Positions 40,648 through 53,715 of a stretch of 64,000 bases of DNA are shown here, in pieces; position 1 is the first letter of the stretch, and each line of letters begins with the position of its first letter. A model generated the notes under the pieces. It searched no databases. It was not told the DNA's origin and was given only the letters and a program-made list of their open reading frames with translations. Made by a program: the position numbers and the translations under genes. The stretch comes from the human T2T-CHM13v2.0 reference genome, Homo sapiens: NCBI RefSeq assembly GCF_009914755.1, contig NC_060931.1. One strand, given 5' to 3'.

Positions 40648-41779
40648 GCATATGTCAGCACACTAAACTATTGTTCTTTATTGACTGTCTTTAAAAAGTC
40701 TTCAATGTTTATGCTTTGAGTAGTAAAACAGAGAAGGCAGCACTCAGGTGTATCTGCACCTTCTCCTTTGAGAAAAAAATCCACAGGTGCCACACAAATA
40801 GGACATTTACTATTTCCTTTAAAATAACAAGATAGAGCAAAATAATTTGTACTCATAGGGAATCCAAGAAATTCTAATTTATTTCACAGGAATTACTGCA
40901 TTTAATCTGCCCCAGCTGCCTCTGTTACTCAAGGAGCAGATATGAGATGCCTACAAAAGGCCTCAGAAATACTGAATTAGTCTATAAATGTGCTTAGCAT
41001 TGAGGTGGTGAATTGTTTATAGGTGTTCAATGGAAATAAATCAAAGGGCATCAGAGAAAAAATAAGTAAGTTTTCTTGCCGATAAAAGAAAACACACCTC
41101 TCAGCTATGTCTGAGAAATCCTTTGTCAGGACAAGGGACATGCAGTAGATTACTCAGGAACTGCTGAGGTTTGTAAAAGCTAACTTCATTCCAATAGGAC
41201 AAGGTGGGGCTGGTTTTCTAAGGCTAAAATGTGGGATACAGAAGAAGTACCTTTCTAGAGATTAGGTTTGTTCAGTTGAAGGGTGAAGTGGGGCATTAGG
41301 TCCTTGGGTGACAGAGTGAGGAGGAGATGACACAGAGCAGGGGAGAGACTGGAGGAGGAAAGAACAGTATTCCGCTACCTCCCCCTACCCCCTGAGGCTT
41401 TGACTGATTCCAGGGAAGTATGCACCTGATAGGAAGAGTGAACACTGCAGAGGGCGTGACAAATTATGTGAGGCTCCCATCTCTTTCCAAAGAGAGGACT
41501 CACCCTCTTTGCTCATCTCAGTGTCTTTAATATTTTCTCAATAGCCATCCACATTGATCCTAGGCAAGTAGCCTTCATGAAATGCAAATAATTAAGAAAA
41601 CATGTAGTTAGCCTTCCTCCATGTTCAGGTAGTATCCATGTAGTATTTCTTATTTTACTATGGACTAAGGCTGGAGTACTTAGGTTGGATGATTGAGTGA
41701 TTTTCTTTTCTATCTTGGTCTTGTTTTGTCTGTTGGAAAAGTATAATTTGTGATTATCTGCATAAAATGTCAACCTTGG

Positions 41780-43010
41780 GTGATGTCTGAAAAAAATGGT
41801 GAAGTTAGGACCTCTGAAAATTCTTTCCTCCATCAAAGGAATCTGACAAAAATGATCAGAATCAACTTTTTCAGAGCTCTAAAAATTAAATAAAGGTTTA
41901 CAACAAGCAGTGGGGTATATATTCAAGAACAAAATATCTGAATCTTGGTAAGAACAGCAAGCTTTGTAGCATTTTGTCTTGTCCTAGTCTCAGCTCTCCC
42001 TGCCCTGCAGTAGCCTTGAAAAATAACCTACCCATAATCATTGTGAAAATCAGCAGGCTAGCAGTCACCAAATGGAGGCTGGAGCTCTTTCAAAGCATCT
42101 TTTTGCAAGAATTACCATAATTTGCCCTGTCTGGTAGTTCCCTGGAAGACTTCCCTGACAAAGTTGTCTTTATTTAACCTGTTTTGGAGCTCAGCCAGTG
42201 CAAAAAGCCTCCAGACCCCTATCCCCCACAAACAAAAATCCTTTTCTCCAAGGGGCATTGGTTACAGGCAGTTGTTTAACTTCATGGCTGCCTGAGGCAG
42301 AGAATAGCAGCTGGAAAAAACAATAGACAAACCAAAAACTTTAAAGGAAAACTGGGAAATTAGATGGTCATAGGGGATTTGAAAAACTCCAACATGTTCA
42401 AGGGAATCTGGAAGACTACACACACATATTAGGCTGTACACATGTTCAGGAAACACTAGAAAGGGCCCTAAGTTCTCACCTCTGGCTGACCTGTAGGCTC
42501 TACACAAGCAGGAAATGAAGGCTAAGGCAGAGTTTCCAACCACTTTGCTGAGAATTGAATGTGTGCCCTAACATGCAAACATTGGGAGTCAATCATTGGC
42601 AAAAATTTGGAGGCTTATTGTTTCCAGGGAGTTAAGAAAATAATTGTCCAATAATCAGATGACCACTAAGCTGAGCAGAGACTTCAACAGCCACCTATGA
42701 CAAAAATACAGACTTTACAGAATTAGTCCAGAGAAGTCACTAAATAAACAAACAATAATAACAACAAAAAGACAACATATTAATAACAGAAGGAAATTTA
42801 CAGATATGTGGCACTTAAATAATATATTTCTACAAAACCAATGAGTCAAAGAAATCACAGGGGAAATTAGAAAATATTTTGAGATTCATCAAAATGAACA
42901 TGCTACACACCAAAACTTACAGGATGCAATAAAAGCAGTGTTTAGAGGGAAATTTATGGCATAAATGCCTATAATAAAAAAGAAGAAACATCTAAAATCA
43001 ATAAAATGTC
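41780..43010 (+). mobile_element. L1M4/L1MC-type LINE-1 5' region joined to an ORF2 fragment
   Basis: 'atggtgaagttaggacctctgaaaattctttcctccat...atcagaatcaactttttcagagctct' (old L1 5' end). ORF2-like 'caaaacttacaggatgcaataaaagcagtgtttagagggaaatttatggc' at ~42910-42960. Confidence 0.7.
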
Positions 43011-43351
43011 ATCTTATACACATTTTGGTATATTTTCTAAAGTGGTAAAAAAAAAAAAAGAAAATGGGGGGCGAGGGTAAAGGTTAACTAATGCTGTGTC
43101 TATTTCACCTATTTGCTTTTCCTCCTTGGAAAATTTTTGAGGGATTTTGTCGCAATCTGAGTAGGACCATTGAAATGTGTCACACATCTTTCACAATGTT
43201 ATCAGTGAAAGAGGCTTAGAAGGACAAAAAAATGAGAACCACTGGCCTAGACCAGTCTTTACGAAATGCGAGGGTATCTGATAGGGTGTGATTAGGGAAG
43301 CAGAATCCCTATGAGTGCTATGAAATAAGGAATTTATTAAAGGAATTACAC

Positions 43352-43543
43352 CAGTACTATTCCATAGAGCTTTCTGCAATTATGGAAGTGTTATACTTCT
43401 GCACTGTACAATAACACAGGCACTAGACACATATGTGAAATGTGGCTAGTACAATTGAGAAAATGTTGCATTTTATTCCATTCTAATTCATTTTAATTTT
43501 AATAGTCACACATGGCTAGTGGCCACTGTACTGGACAGCACAA
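43352..43543. mobile_element. MER3-like hAT-Charlie MITE inserted in a decayed MLT2-like LTR (~43285-44000)
   Basis: 'atagagctttctgcaattatggaagtgtt...aaatgtggctagt...aatagtcacacatggctagtggccactgtactggacagcaca'. Confidence 0.7.
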
Positions 43544-46500
43544 GATTAGGTCTTATCCAATTACAAGGCTGGTGAAGAAGTCTACAGTCTGCTCATGGTC
43601 AACAGAGGAAAGAGAAGCTGACTGTGAAGTGGAGGAAAGGGGGGAAAAACTGGAAACCACAAGAAGAGATGACAACCCATGTCTGCCTCTCAGCACCTTC
43701 AACCTTGGTGATGTGACCTGCATAAGAAGACAGTGCCCTTTGCCTCAGCACTGCACATGCACCTCGCTCAAGGCTCAGAGAAGCTGAAGGGGAGATCCAG
43801 CAAGAGCTGCAGTCTTGGCCTCTACCCTACTTTAACAAGGTAAGCCAACAGATCACTGACAAGGTTTATGGTCTGACTTTGGAGTATAATGGCTACTGTG
43901 TCACTGCCATGAATGTTTCCTGGGTCCACCCTAACTCAGAAACACACAGGGAAGGAAATTCTGGGCAATTCTGTACAATACCAACCATCCCAGAAGGCCC
44001 AGAAAGGGACAATGCCAACTCTTACTTCCGCTCTCCTTGGGCCCCTCCTCAATTCCAATGGATATAGCTTGGCTGGACCCTTTGTCCTTCTCTTATCCTT
44101 TACTCTTGAAGTACATAGAAAACAGGCCATCTTGGATTTGGCCAGGGCCTGTCTGGTGACTGGTGACTGACAGTACTGGGCTGGGCTCAGCACCAGTGTT
44201 TGGGGAGTGTGACCGAAGATGACCAACTAGATGCAGCCAGGAAACGCCTCTAGAACCAAGAAAAAACAAAATACCAAGTAAACCATCATACTTTGAACAG
44301 ATCTTTTGAGAGAAAATAGACACCATGTTTGAAGAGGGAGGAAGCTGGGAAGCCTGCATGAAGTCACTGAGCACCAGGGCTGTCTCCAAGTCTTGAAGAG
44401 GTCCTAAGGAATGGGTGAACGAAGGAACTCCAGGGGACCACACTCCCACTGCAGACCTCTGAGATCCTAGCTGCAAGAGATCCCACGACCTCCATAGACA
44501 TTTGAATTGGCAGAGGAAACTGCACAGAGAGCAGACAGAAGCAGAGCGCAAACCTGAGTGGAGCCCAGAAGGTTTCAGAGCCTGCGGTGTAGCTGCAGCA
44601 AAATGCGACCATAAGTGCTCATTCCCCAAGACACTCTATCTTTCTCTGAGTGCCTGTAGCTCCTGCTTACTGCCAGGCCGCAAAAGACAAAGGCTACCTT
44701 TCCTGCATGACCAGAGTGCATCTGATCTGTATGCACCCTTCGTCTACTGACCCCTCCCAAGACCACCTGCCTGGCCACTCCCACAGGAGGGTACCTACAA
44801 CACAGCCTCCACTGCCCCACCGGAGTGTTTTGCCAGCAGCCTGGGAGTAGTTCAGTCCCCCAAGCATGGCTGGCCCTTAACCCTGAGGGGTCAGTGGAAA
44901 AAAAAAAATGCAGGCCTGGTCCCACCCGCCCGAGGATCTCAGCACATCACCCAGGGTTACTGAGCTGAGATCTGTGGCCTGAGCTTAAGTGGAGGAGGAG
45001 GCCCCCTCTCTCAGAACACTAAGAAGATTGTGACGTGGGTTCATGTGCCACTGTAGAATCTGGGCATCCCTCCATTTGCAAGCCCAGTCTAGGAAAGATG
45101 TAGCCTGTTAGCCAGCCACAGCTTTTGTCCCAAAAAGCCTCACAGCCTAGAACACCTGGAACAGTCCAGTGATCTGGGCACAGAAGGCTGGAACAAGTCT
45201 AGTTGGTTGGGTCTGCACTTGAGGCAGATGCCGGAGAGAGACCTGATCAGGGGAGTGTGAGTTGCATGGGTCCCACAACAGTCTGCTGGGCTAAAAACCT
45301 CAGGCCATGGGTGGCACACCAGTTACATACCCACAGTACCACCATCTTGCCTGGGGATCCTCCACTCCTGACCCACTGCATCACCAGTCCAACCACAGAC
45401 ATACCCCACAACCAGCTCTGACTCTGACAAGTCCAGAGGACCAGCAGGTCCCCAGGGAGTTGTGGGTCTCCTGGTGACCTAACTTTTGACTTGGACTGCT
45501 CCTATGGGAGGAGGGAACACAGCCTGCCAAAGCCCCCTTGAGGTTAAGGAAATACAAGCTCGGCTCCGGTAATTGAAGGGGGTTCCACCAAGGCCTAGGA
45601 ACAGACTTGGTGATGGAGTCATCTCTTGCCACCTCCTCCCCGCCTCCTCAGAGCACTGCTGCATATGCGCTGAAATACAAGAGGCCTGCAGCTCAGTAAG
45701 GGCCTATCTTCTGGCCCTTACTCTTAAGCGCCATCTACTGCACCTTAGCCTGCATTACACCACCAAACAAAAACATCTTCAGCATGCAACGGCTATGAAA
45801 CCCATTCAAAACTCAGGTTCTCTGACACAAAGGTCCTCTACAAAGCCTTGGTCCTCTGAAACCACCGAGAAATGAAGCCAATTACTATACACAACATACA
45901 CCATAGTCAAACCCTCAAGGGAAAAAAATATATAAAAACAAAAAGCTTTATCCAAATGACAGCAATTTCAAAAAGAAAAATAAATACTAGCCCTCAGATG
46001 AGAGTCAGCACCAGGACTCCAGCAATTCAAAAAGTCAGTATTTTCTTACCTCTAAAGGACTGCACTAGTCCCTCACAATGAATCCTAATCAGACTGAAAT
46101 GTCTGAAGGGACAGACATAGAATTCAGAATCTGAATGGCAAGGTAGTTCAACAACATTCAAGAGAAAGTTAAAATCCAATTCAAGGAAGCCAGGAAAATG
46201 ATCCAAGACTTTAAAGATTACATAGCCATTTTAAGAAAGAATCAAATTGAACCTCTAGAATTGAAAAATCCACTACAGGAATTGCAAAATACAGTTGGAT
46301 GCATTAACAACAGACTAGATAAAGCTGAAGAAAGAATTTCAAAGCTCAGAGACTGGTCCTTTGAGTCAACCCAGTCAGACAAAAATAAAGAAAAAAGAAT
46401 TTTTAAAAAAGAACAAAGCCTCCAACAAATATGGGATTATGTAAAGAGACCAAACATACAATTTAATAACCTTACTAAGAGAGAAGGAGAGAGAGTAAGC

Positions 46501-46943
46501 AACTTGGAAAACATATTTGGGGAAATAACCCATGAAAATGTCCCCAACTACAATAGAGAGGTCATTATGCAATATCAAGAAATTCAGAGAATCCCTACAA
46601 GAAACTATATAAGGTGACCATCCCCAAGACACATAGTCATCAGACTTTCCAAGGTCAGTGTAAAAGAAAAAATTCTTAAAGGCAGCTAGAGAAAAGGATC
46701 ATATCACTAAGGGAACCCTATCAGGCTAACAGTGGACTTCTCAACAGAAACTATACAAGCCAGAAGAGATTGGGGGCCTATGTTGAGCATCCTTAAAGAA
46801 AAGAAATTCCAATGAAGGATTTCGTTTTCTGCCAACCTAAGCTTCATAAGCAAAGGAAAAATAAAATCCTTTACAAACAAGCAATTGCTAAGGTAATTCA
46901 TTACCACTAGATGAGCTTTACCAGATATCTTTAAGAGAGTTCT

Positions 46944-47247
46944 TTTTTTTTTTTTTTTTTTTTGAGACAGAGTCTCGCTCTGTCGCCCAGGCCGGAGTGC
47001 AGTGGCGTGATCTCTGCTCACAGCAAACTCTGTCTCCTGGGTTCACGCCATTCTCCTGCCTCAGCTTCCTGAGTAGCTGGGACTACATGTAGGCGCCTGC
47101 CACCAGACTGGCTAATTCTTTGTATTTTTAGTAGACACGGGGTTTCATCATGTTAGCCAGGATGGTCTTGATCTCCTGACCTCGTGATCCGCCCACCTCG
47201 GCCTCCCAAAGTGCTGGGATTACAGGCATGAGCCACCATGCCCAGCC
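46944..47247 (-). mobile_element. AluY/AluSc-like insertion within L1 ORF1
   Basis: Antisense Alu with poly(T); TSD aagagagttct at 46933-46943 and 47248-47258. Confidence 0.95.
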
Positions 47248-48359
47248 AAGAGAGTTCTAAACCTGGAAAGGAAAGAAGGATACCTGCCACCCTAAAAACA
47301 CACATAAGTTCATAATCCATGGACCCCATAAATCAACTACACAATTCAGACTACAAAGCAACCAGCAAATAACACCAAAACAGGATCCAAATCTCACATA
47401 TCACTATTAATCTTTAATGTAAATGGTCTAAACGCTCCATTCAAAAGGCACAGAGTGGCAAGTTGGATATAAAACCAAAACCCAACCTTCTGTTGTCTGC
47501 AAGAGATTCACCTTACATGCAATGACATCCATAGGCTCAAAGTAAAGGAGTGGAGAAAGATTTATCACACAAACAGAAAACAATAAAGAGCAGGGGTTGC
47601 TATTCTTGTATCAGGTAAAACAGACTTTAAACTAACAATAGTAAAAAAGAACAAAAAAGCTATTACATAATGATAAAGGGCTCAATTCAACAAGAAGACT
47701 CAACTATCCTAAATATATGCACACCCAACACTGGAGCACCCAGATTCATAGAACAAGTACTTGTAGACCTACAAAACGTCTTAGACAGCCACACAATATG
47801 GGGAAATTCAACGCTCCACTAACAGCATTAAAACAGATCAAGGCAGAAAATGAACAAAGAAATTCTGATCTTAAACTTAAAACATGACCAACTGGACCTA
47901 AAACACATCTACAGAATTCTCCATCCAACGACCACAGAATATACATTCTCATCTGCAGATGGAACGTACTCGACCATGCTCAGTTGACCATGTTCCACTA
48001 GACCATGGAACAAGATCAGACACATGCTCAGTCATAAAACAAATCTCAATAAATTTTAAAAAATCAAAATCATAGCAAACATATTCTCAGACCACAATGA
48101 AATAAAAATACGAATACCAAGATGATCTCTCAAACCACACAATTACATGGGGACTACACAACTTGCCCCTGAATGACTTTTGGGTAAACAATGAAATTAA
48201 GGCAGAAATTTTAAAAATTATTTGAAATAAATGAAAACAGACACAACACACCAAAATCTCTGGGAAGCAGCAAAAGCAGTGTTAAGAAGAAAGTTTATAG
48301 TTTCAAGATACAAAATCAATGTACAAAAATCAGTAGCATTTCTAGACACCAATAACATT

Positions 48360-48563
48360 CAATTGCTTTTGAGGGCTTAGCTATAAATTATTCACCATGA
48401 ATGATGTCCAGAATGGTGTTTCCTAGGTATTCTTCTAGAACTTTTATAGTTTTCGGTCTTATATTTAAGTCTTCTATCTATCTTGAGTTTATTTTTGTAT
48501 ATGGTGATAGCTAGGGGTCCAGTTTCATACTTCTGCATATGGATATAAGTCAGTTATTCCAGG
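48360..48563 (-). repeat. 204-bp inverted duplicate of 49131-49334 inside the L1
   Basis: Reverse complement aligns without gaps, with ~9 mismatches. Confidence 0.95.
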
Positions 48564-50323
48564 CTCTCAAGCCAAGTCAATAACAAAATCCTATTTACCA
48601 TAGCCACAAGAAAATAAAATAAAATAACCTAGGAATAAATCTAACCAAGGTGGTGAAAGATCTCTACAGGGAGAACCACAAAACGTTGTCAAATAAATAA
48701 TAGATGACACAAACAAATGGAAAGACATTCCATGCTCATTGATTGGAAGAATCAATATTTTTAAAATATCCATACCGCCAAAGCAATCTACAGATTTAAT
48801 GCTATTCCTGTTAAACTTTACCAATGCCATTTTCCACAGAATTTTTAAAAAGTATTATGAAATTTATATGGAACCAAAAATGAGCCCAAATAGCTAAAGC
48901 AATTCTAAGCAAAGGGAGCAAATTTGGAGCCATCATGCTACCTGACTTCTAACTATACTACAAGGCTACAGTAACCAAAACAGCATGGTACTTGTACAAA
49001 ACCAGACACATAAACCAATGGAACAGAATAGAGAACCCAGAAATAAAGTTGTATATCTACAACAAACTGATCTTCAACAAACTTAACAAAAATAAGAAAT
49101 GGGAAAAGGACTTCCTATTTAATAAGTGGTCCTGGGATAACTGACTTATATCCATATGCAGAAGTATGAAACTGGACTCCTAGCTATCACCATATACAAA
49201 AATAAACTCAAGATAGATAAAAGACTTCAATATAAGACCGAAAACTATAAAAGTTCTAGAAGAATACCTAGGAGACATCATTCTGGACATCATTCATGGC
49301 GAATAATTTATGGCTAAGTCCTCAAAAGCAATTGCAATAAAACCAAATTTGACAAGTGAGACCTAGTTAAATTAAAGAGCTTCTGCACAGCAAAAGAAAC
49401 TATCAACAGAGTAAACAGACAACCTATAGGATGGGAGAAAATATTCACAAACTATGCATCTGACAAAGGTTTACTATCCAGAATCTATAAGGAACTTAAA
49501 TAAACCAACAAGCAAAAAACAACCCCATTAAAAACTAGCTAAAGGACATGAACAGACATTTCTCAAAAGAAGACATACAAGGAGCCAACAAACATATGGA
49601 AAAATGTTCCTCATCACTAATCATCAGAGAAATGCAAATCAAAACCACGATGAGATACCATCTCACACCAGTTGGAATGGCTATTATTAAAAAGTCAAAA
49701 AACAATAGATGCTAGCAAGGTTGCAGAGAAAAGGGAATGTTTATACACTGTTGGTGGGAAAATAAATTAGCTCAGCCTCTATGGAGAGCAGTTTGGAGAT
49801 GTCCTAAAGAAATAAAAATAGAACTACCATTTGATCCAGTAATCTCATAACTAGGTATATTCCCAAAGAAAAATAAAGCATTCTATCTAAAAGACACATG
49901 CACTCATGTGTTCATTACAACACTATTTACAATAGCATACGTGGTATCAACCTAGGTGCCTATCAATTATGGATTGGATAAAGAAAATACGGTGCATATA
50001 TATATGAATACTATATATAAAAAAGCCATAAAAAAGAATGAAGTCATGTCCTTTGCAGCAACATGGATGCTGCTGGAAGCCATTATCCTAAGCAAATGAG
50101 TGCAAAACAGAAAACCAAATACCACATGTTTTCACTTATAAGTAGGAGCTAAACATTGGGTACACATGGACATAAAGATCGGAGCGGTCGACACTGGGGA
50201 CTACAAGAAGGGGGAGGGAGGGAGGAAAGGGTTGAAAAGCTACTTATTGGGTACTATGCTCACTACCTTAGCGATGGGTTCAATCCTACCCCAAAAGTCA
50301 GCATCACACAATATACCTTGTAA

Positions 50324-50710
<387 letters not shown>

Positions 50711-52469
50711 TTACTAATCAGTAGTACATTTAAGGTTGCTCTTCTAAAACTAAGGCATTGCACTGAGAAAATTGTCCATTTTATTTATCAAAAGAAAAAT
50801 TCAGTGAACTTTTACTGACTGTCTGACCATAGTGAGAATCAGAATGAATGAATGCGAATGTCTGTCCTAACAAATCCCTCTGGTTCTACTTCAGTTCCTG
50901 CTGTCTCCATATCTTTCATCAGTGTGTGGAAGAAGAATGTGGTGAAACTGAAGTGGCAGCTTGTTCCTGGAGAACAACAAAAATGCACTTAAAATTTACT
51001 CCTTAGGAGCTGTCGAAAGAGTTTGGCAATAAATACAAAGTAATGTTCAGAATAAAAAAGAGCAATGATCTATAATCCCATTTTCACATCTATTATAAAG
51101 GCCAACCATGTGTTTCATCCAAGACAAACTGATTTTATTAACACAATGACCAGACATGTATAAATGATAATATGAGTTTATTTTATAAGCTTGGATCTCA
51201 CATTTCCATTTTATTGTAGAGATTCATACTCACCCAATTCTAACAAGAGTTGGATAAACTAGGGTCTTCCTAAAATAACAATGATTATTCTTCACAAAAG
51301 AGTCACAAGCAAAGTCTACACTTGAAAATGTCCAGATTGTCTTTCACGCTGTGTGCATTAAGCAATGTTTCGTTTTTAGATCTGGTATATGGACACTATG
51401 GATGAATATGTAGATTAATTAGAACAAGTTTATCAAGTTCTTTGAGAGTCTTGGAAGACAAAGTAAAGTAATTCAAGGATTCAGTCCAGACTAAATAGTG
51501 TGGCCTAATAGATCAAAACCCTGCAAGAAACCAAGCTGTGGAAAAGTAATAATGTAAATAAAAATGTGATTTCAGTCTCTGCTTGGCGACTGTCCTCCCT
51601 CAGGCCACTAAGGCTCGGTGCCATCAGATGCATTAATGCTGAGAAATTGGTCACTCGTGGGGGAGGTGGGGATGGTGAAAAGCTTTTTTGCCTGTAGATC
51701 CGGGGGAACTGCTTATAAGCCTGAAATGCATTCAGCTGATGCACCAGACATCAGTTACTGAAGAAGCAGAGGTGAGGAACTTCCCCTAGCATTGACCTAA
51801 GAGGATAAACGCATGGCAATGTGCTGAGTTACTTCAACAATGCAGAGACACCCAATGTCAAAATGCCACAGGGCTACCCAGTGTTGCAAGGCTGGAACTG
51901 GGTTTGCCATGAGACTTTTAAAGCAGTGGGATTTCTGACTGAACTGTCTGCAAAGATGCAGACCTCCCCAATACGCCACTCCCACCACTCATTGTAGGAA
52001 GAGCAGAGTAACATTTGTCCTAGGTAACAATGATGAATGATCCTCAAGTCTTGATGCAAACCAACAGTGCTGGGACCACAGAGTGGCCTGAGCAAAATAC
52101 ATATGGGTAGTAACTAAGACATTTCCAAGGTATTCCTAGTCTTTCAACAGTGCTCTGAAAACGGCATGTGATCCAACCCCTGAAGCTACCAAAGGGTTTA
52201 GGAATTTGGCTGGAGAAAAATACAGGGATGAGTATCCAAACTCTAGGCCCGCAAACCCTTTACTCAGATTTGGAAATCTTCCTGGGGCACAGAAGTTTAA
52301 CAGCAAAGGATTAAGAGGTAGGACATTGGAGTCAGACATCCTGATTTCAGATTCTGATCTATCACTTAATAGCTGTGTAATCTTGTGAAGCGTACTTAAC
52401 TTCTCTGAGTCCCAGTTTTCTCATCTACATAATGGACATAATTGTAATATTTATGCAAATGAATTAGGA

Positions 52470-52875
52470 CTAGGTTGGTTTGCAAACGGCAGGTAATTTA
52501 AGACAACAGTAGTTTTAACAAAATAGTTTATTTCTCTCTCATGTAAACATAGCAGTCCAGATTGGGAATTGCAACCCCATATCAGGAAGGACTCTGTCTT
52601 CTTTCACCTATTTGCTTCACCATCTTCAGTTTGTGGCTCTCATCTTCTGGTTGCAGGTGGAACTCCAGCTCCAGTCTTCACACTCACATTCCACACAGAG
52701 GAATTAGGAGAACGGGAAAGAAGGGAATGGCCTTTCCCTTTATAGACATGTCTGCAAACTGTACAACACTCTTATTTATCTTCTTTCACTGGAGCTTAAT
52801 CACATGGCCACATGTGGCTGCAAGAGAGCTGGGGACATGAAGTCTTTATTTTGGATGTCCACATACCCAGATGCA
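52470..52875 (-). mobile_element. Old MLT1 (J/K/L-type) MaLR LTR, splitting a MIR (52310-52455 / 52955-53030)
   Basis: 'aacagtagttttaacaaaatagtttatttctctctcatgtaa...cttaatcacatggccacatgtggctgcaagagagctgggg'. Confidence 0.6.
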
Positions 52876-53184
52876 ATTGGGAAAGACTACTATGGAGAGG
52901 AAACAATGATATAAGGAGATGCACATTATTCTCTGCTACCAAACCTATCCAGCTATCATGAGGACTGAACAAGATAATGCTGGTAAAGTGCTTTGCACAG
53001 AGCCCAGGCCAAAGGAAATGTTCCATGAATGGCTGGGATTGCTGCCATCCCTCCTCTACCCAGAGCATCCAGGCTTGGTTCTGTGTTGTCAGGAAGGCAC
53101 TGCAGCTGCTCGACAGGAGGCAGATGTAGGACATGAAGAGATGCTGTTTGGGGAGCATGGAGGGTGCAGAGGGCTGCTGGTGAG

Positions 53185-53715
53185 CAGGGCTGAGGCTAGG
53201 GTGAGGTATACACCTCAGGTGCAAAGTGCAAGGGATGCCAAATAACTCAGTATTCAAGAAAAAATATTAATGCAGTATTTTACAAATCAAAATGAGGCCG
53301 GGTGCCGTGGCTCACACCTGTAATCCCAGCACTTTGAGAGGCCGAGGCAGGTGGATCATGAGGTCAGGGGATTGAGACCATCCTGGCTAACATGGTGTAA
53401 CCACAACTCTACTAAAAATACAAAAAATTAGCCGGGTGTGGTGGCGGGCGCCTGTAGTCCCAGCTACTTAGGAGGCTGAGGCAGGAGAACGGCGTGAACC
53501 CAGGAAGTGGAGTTTGCAGTGAGCCAAGATTGCGCCACTGCACTCCAGCCTGGGGGACAGAGCAAGACTCCATCGCAAAATAAATAAATAAATAAATAAA
53601 ATAAAAATGAATGAAAAAAACTATAATGAACAAAATATCGTAATTGTAAGTAAAGGCAGTATCTGACTCTGTCTTGCACAACTCACCTCATTCGCTTCAC
53701 CTAATCCTGGCCCTG
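53185..53715 (+). mobile_element. hAT-type MITE (MER96B-like), interrupted by an Alu
   Basis: TIRs 'cagggctgaggctagggtgagg' and 'cacctaatcctggccctg'; internal 'aactcagtattcaag...atgaacaaaatatc'. The family name is uncertain. Confidence 0.55.
53296..53600 (+). mobile_element. AluY/AluSc8-like
   Basis: Dimeric Alu with 'ggagaacggcgtgaaccc' and a (TAAA)n tail; TSD-like aaaatga. Confidence 0.95.

Noticed and set aside
48290-48310. Spliced L1 (SpIRE) explanation for the ORF2 deletion
   Set aside because: The left breakpoint is not followed by GT in the consensus as I remember it. Microhomology explains the junction better.
48360-48563. Twin-priming L1 5' inversion
   Set aside because: The inverted piece is internal, the donor is retained, the flanking L1 is sense on both sides, and the two copies share post-insertion mutations.
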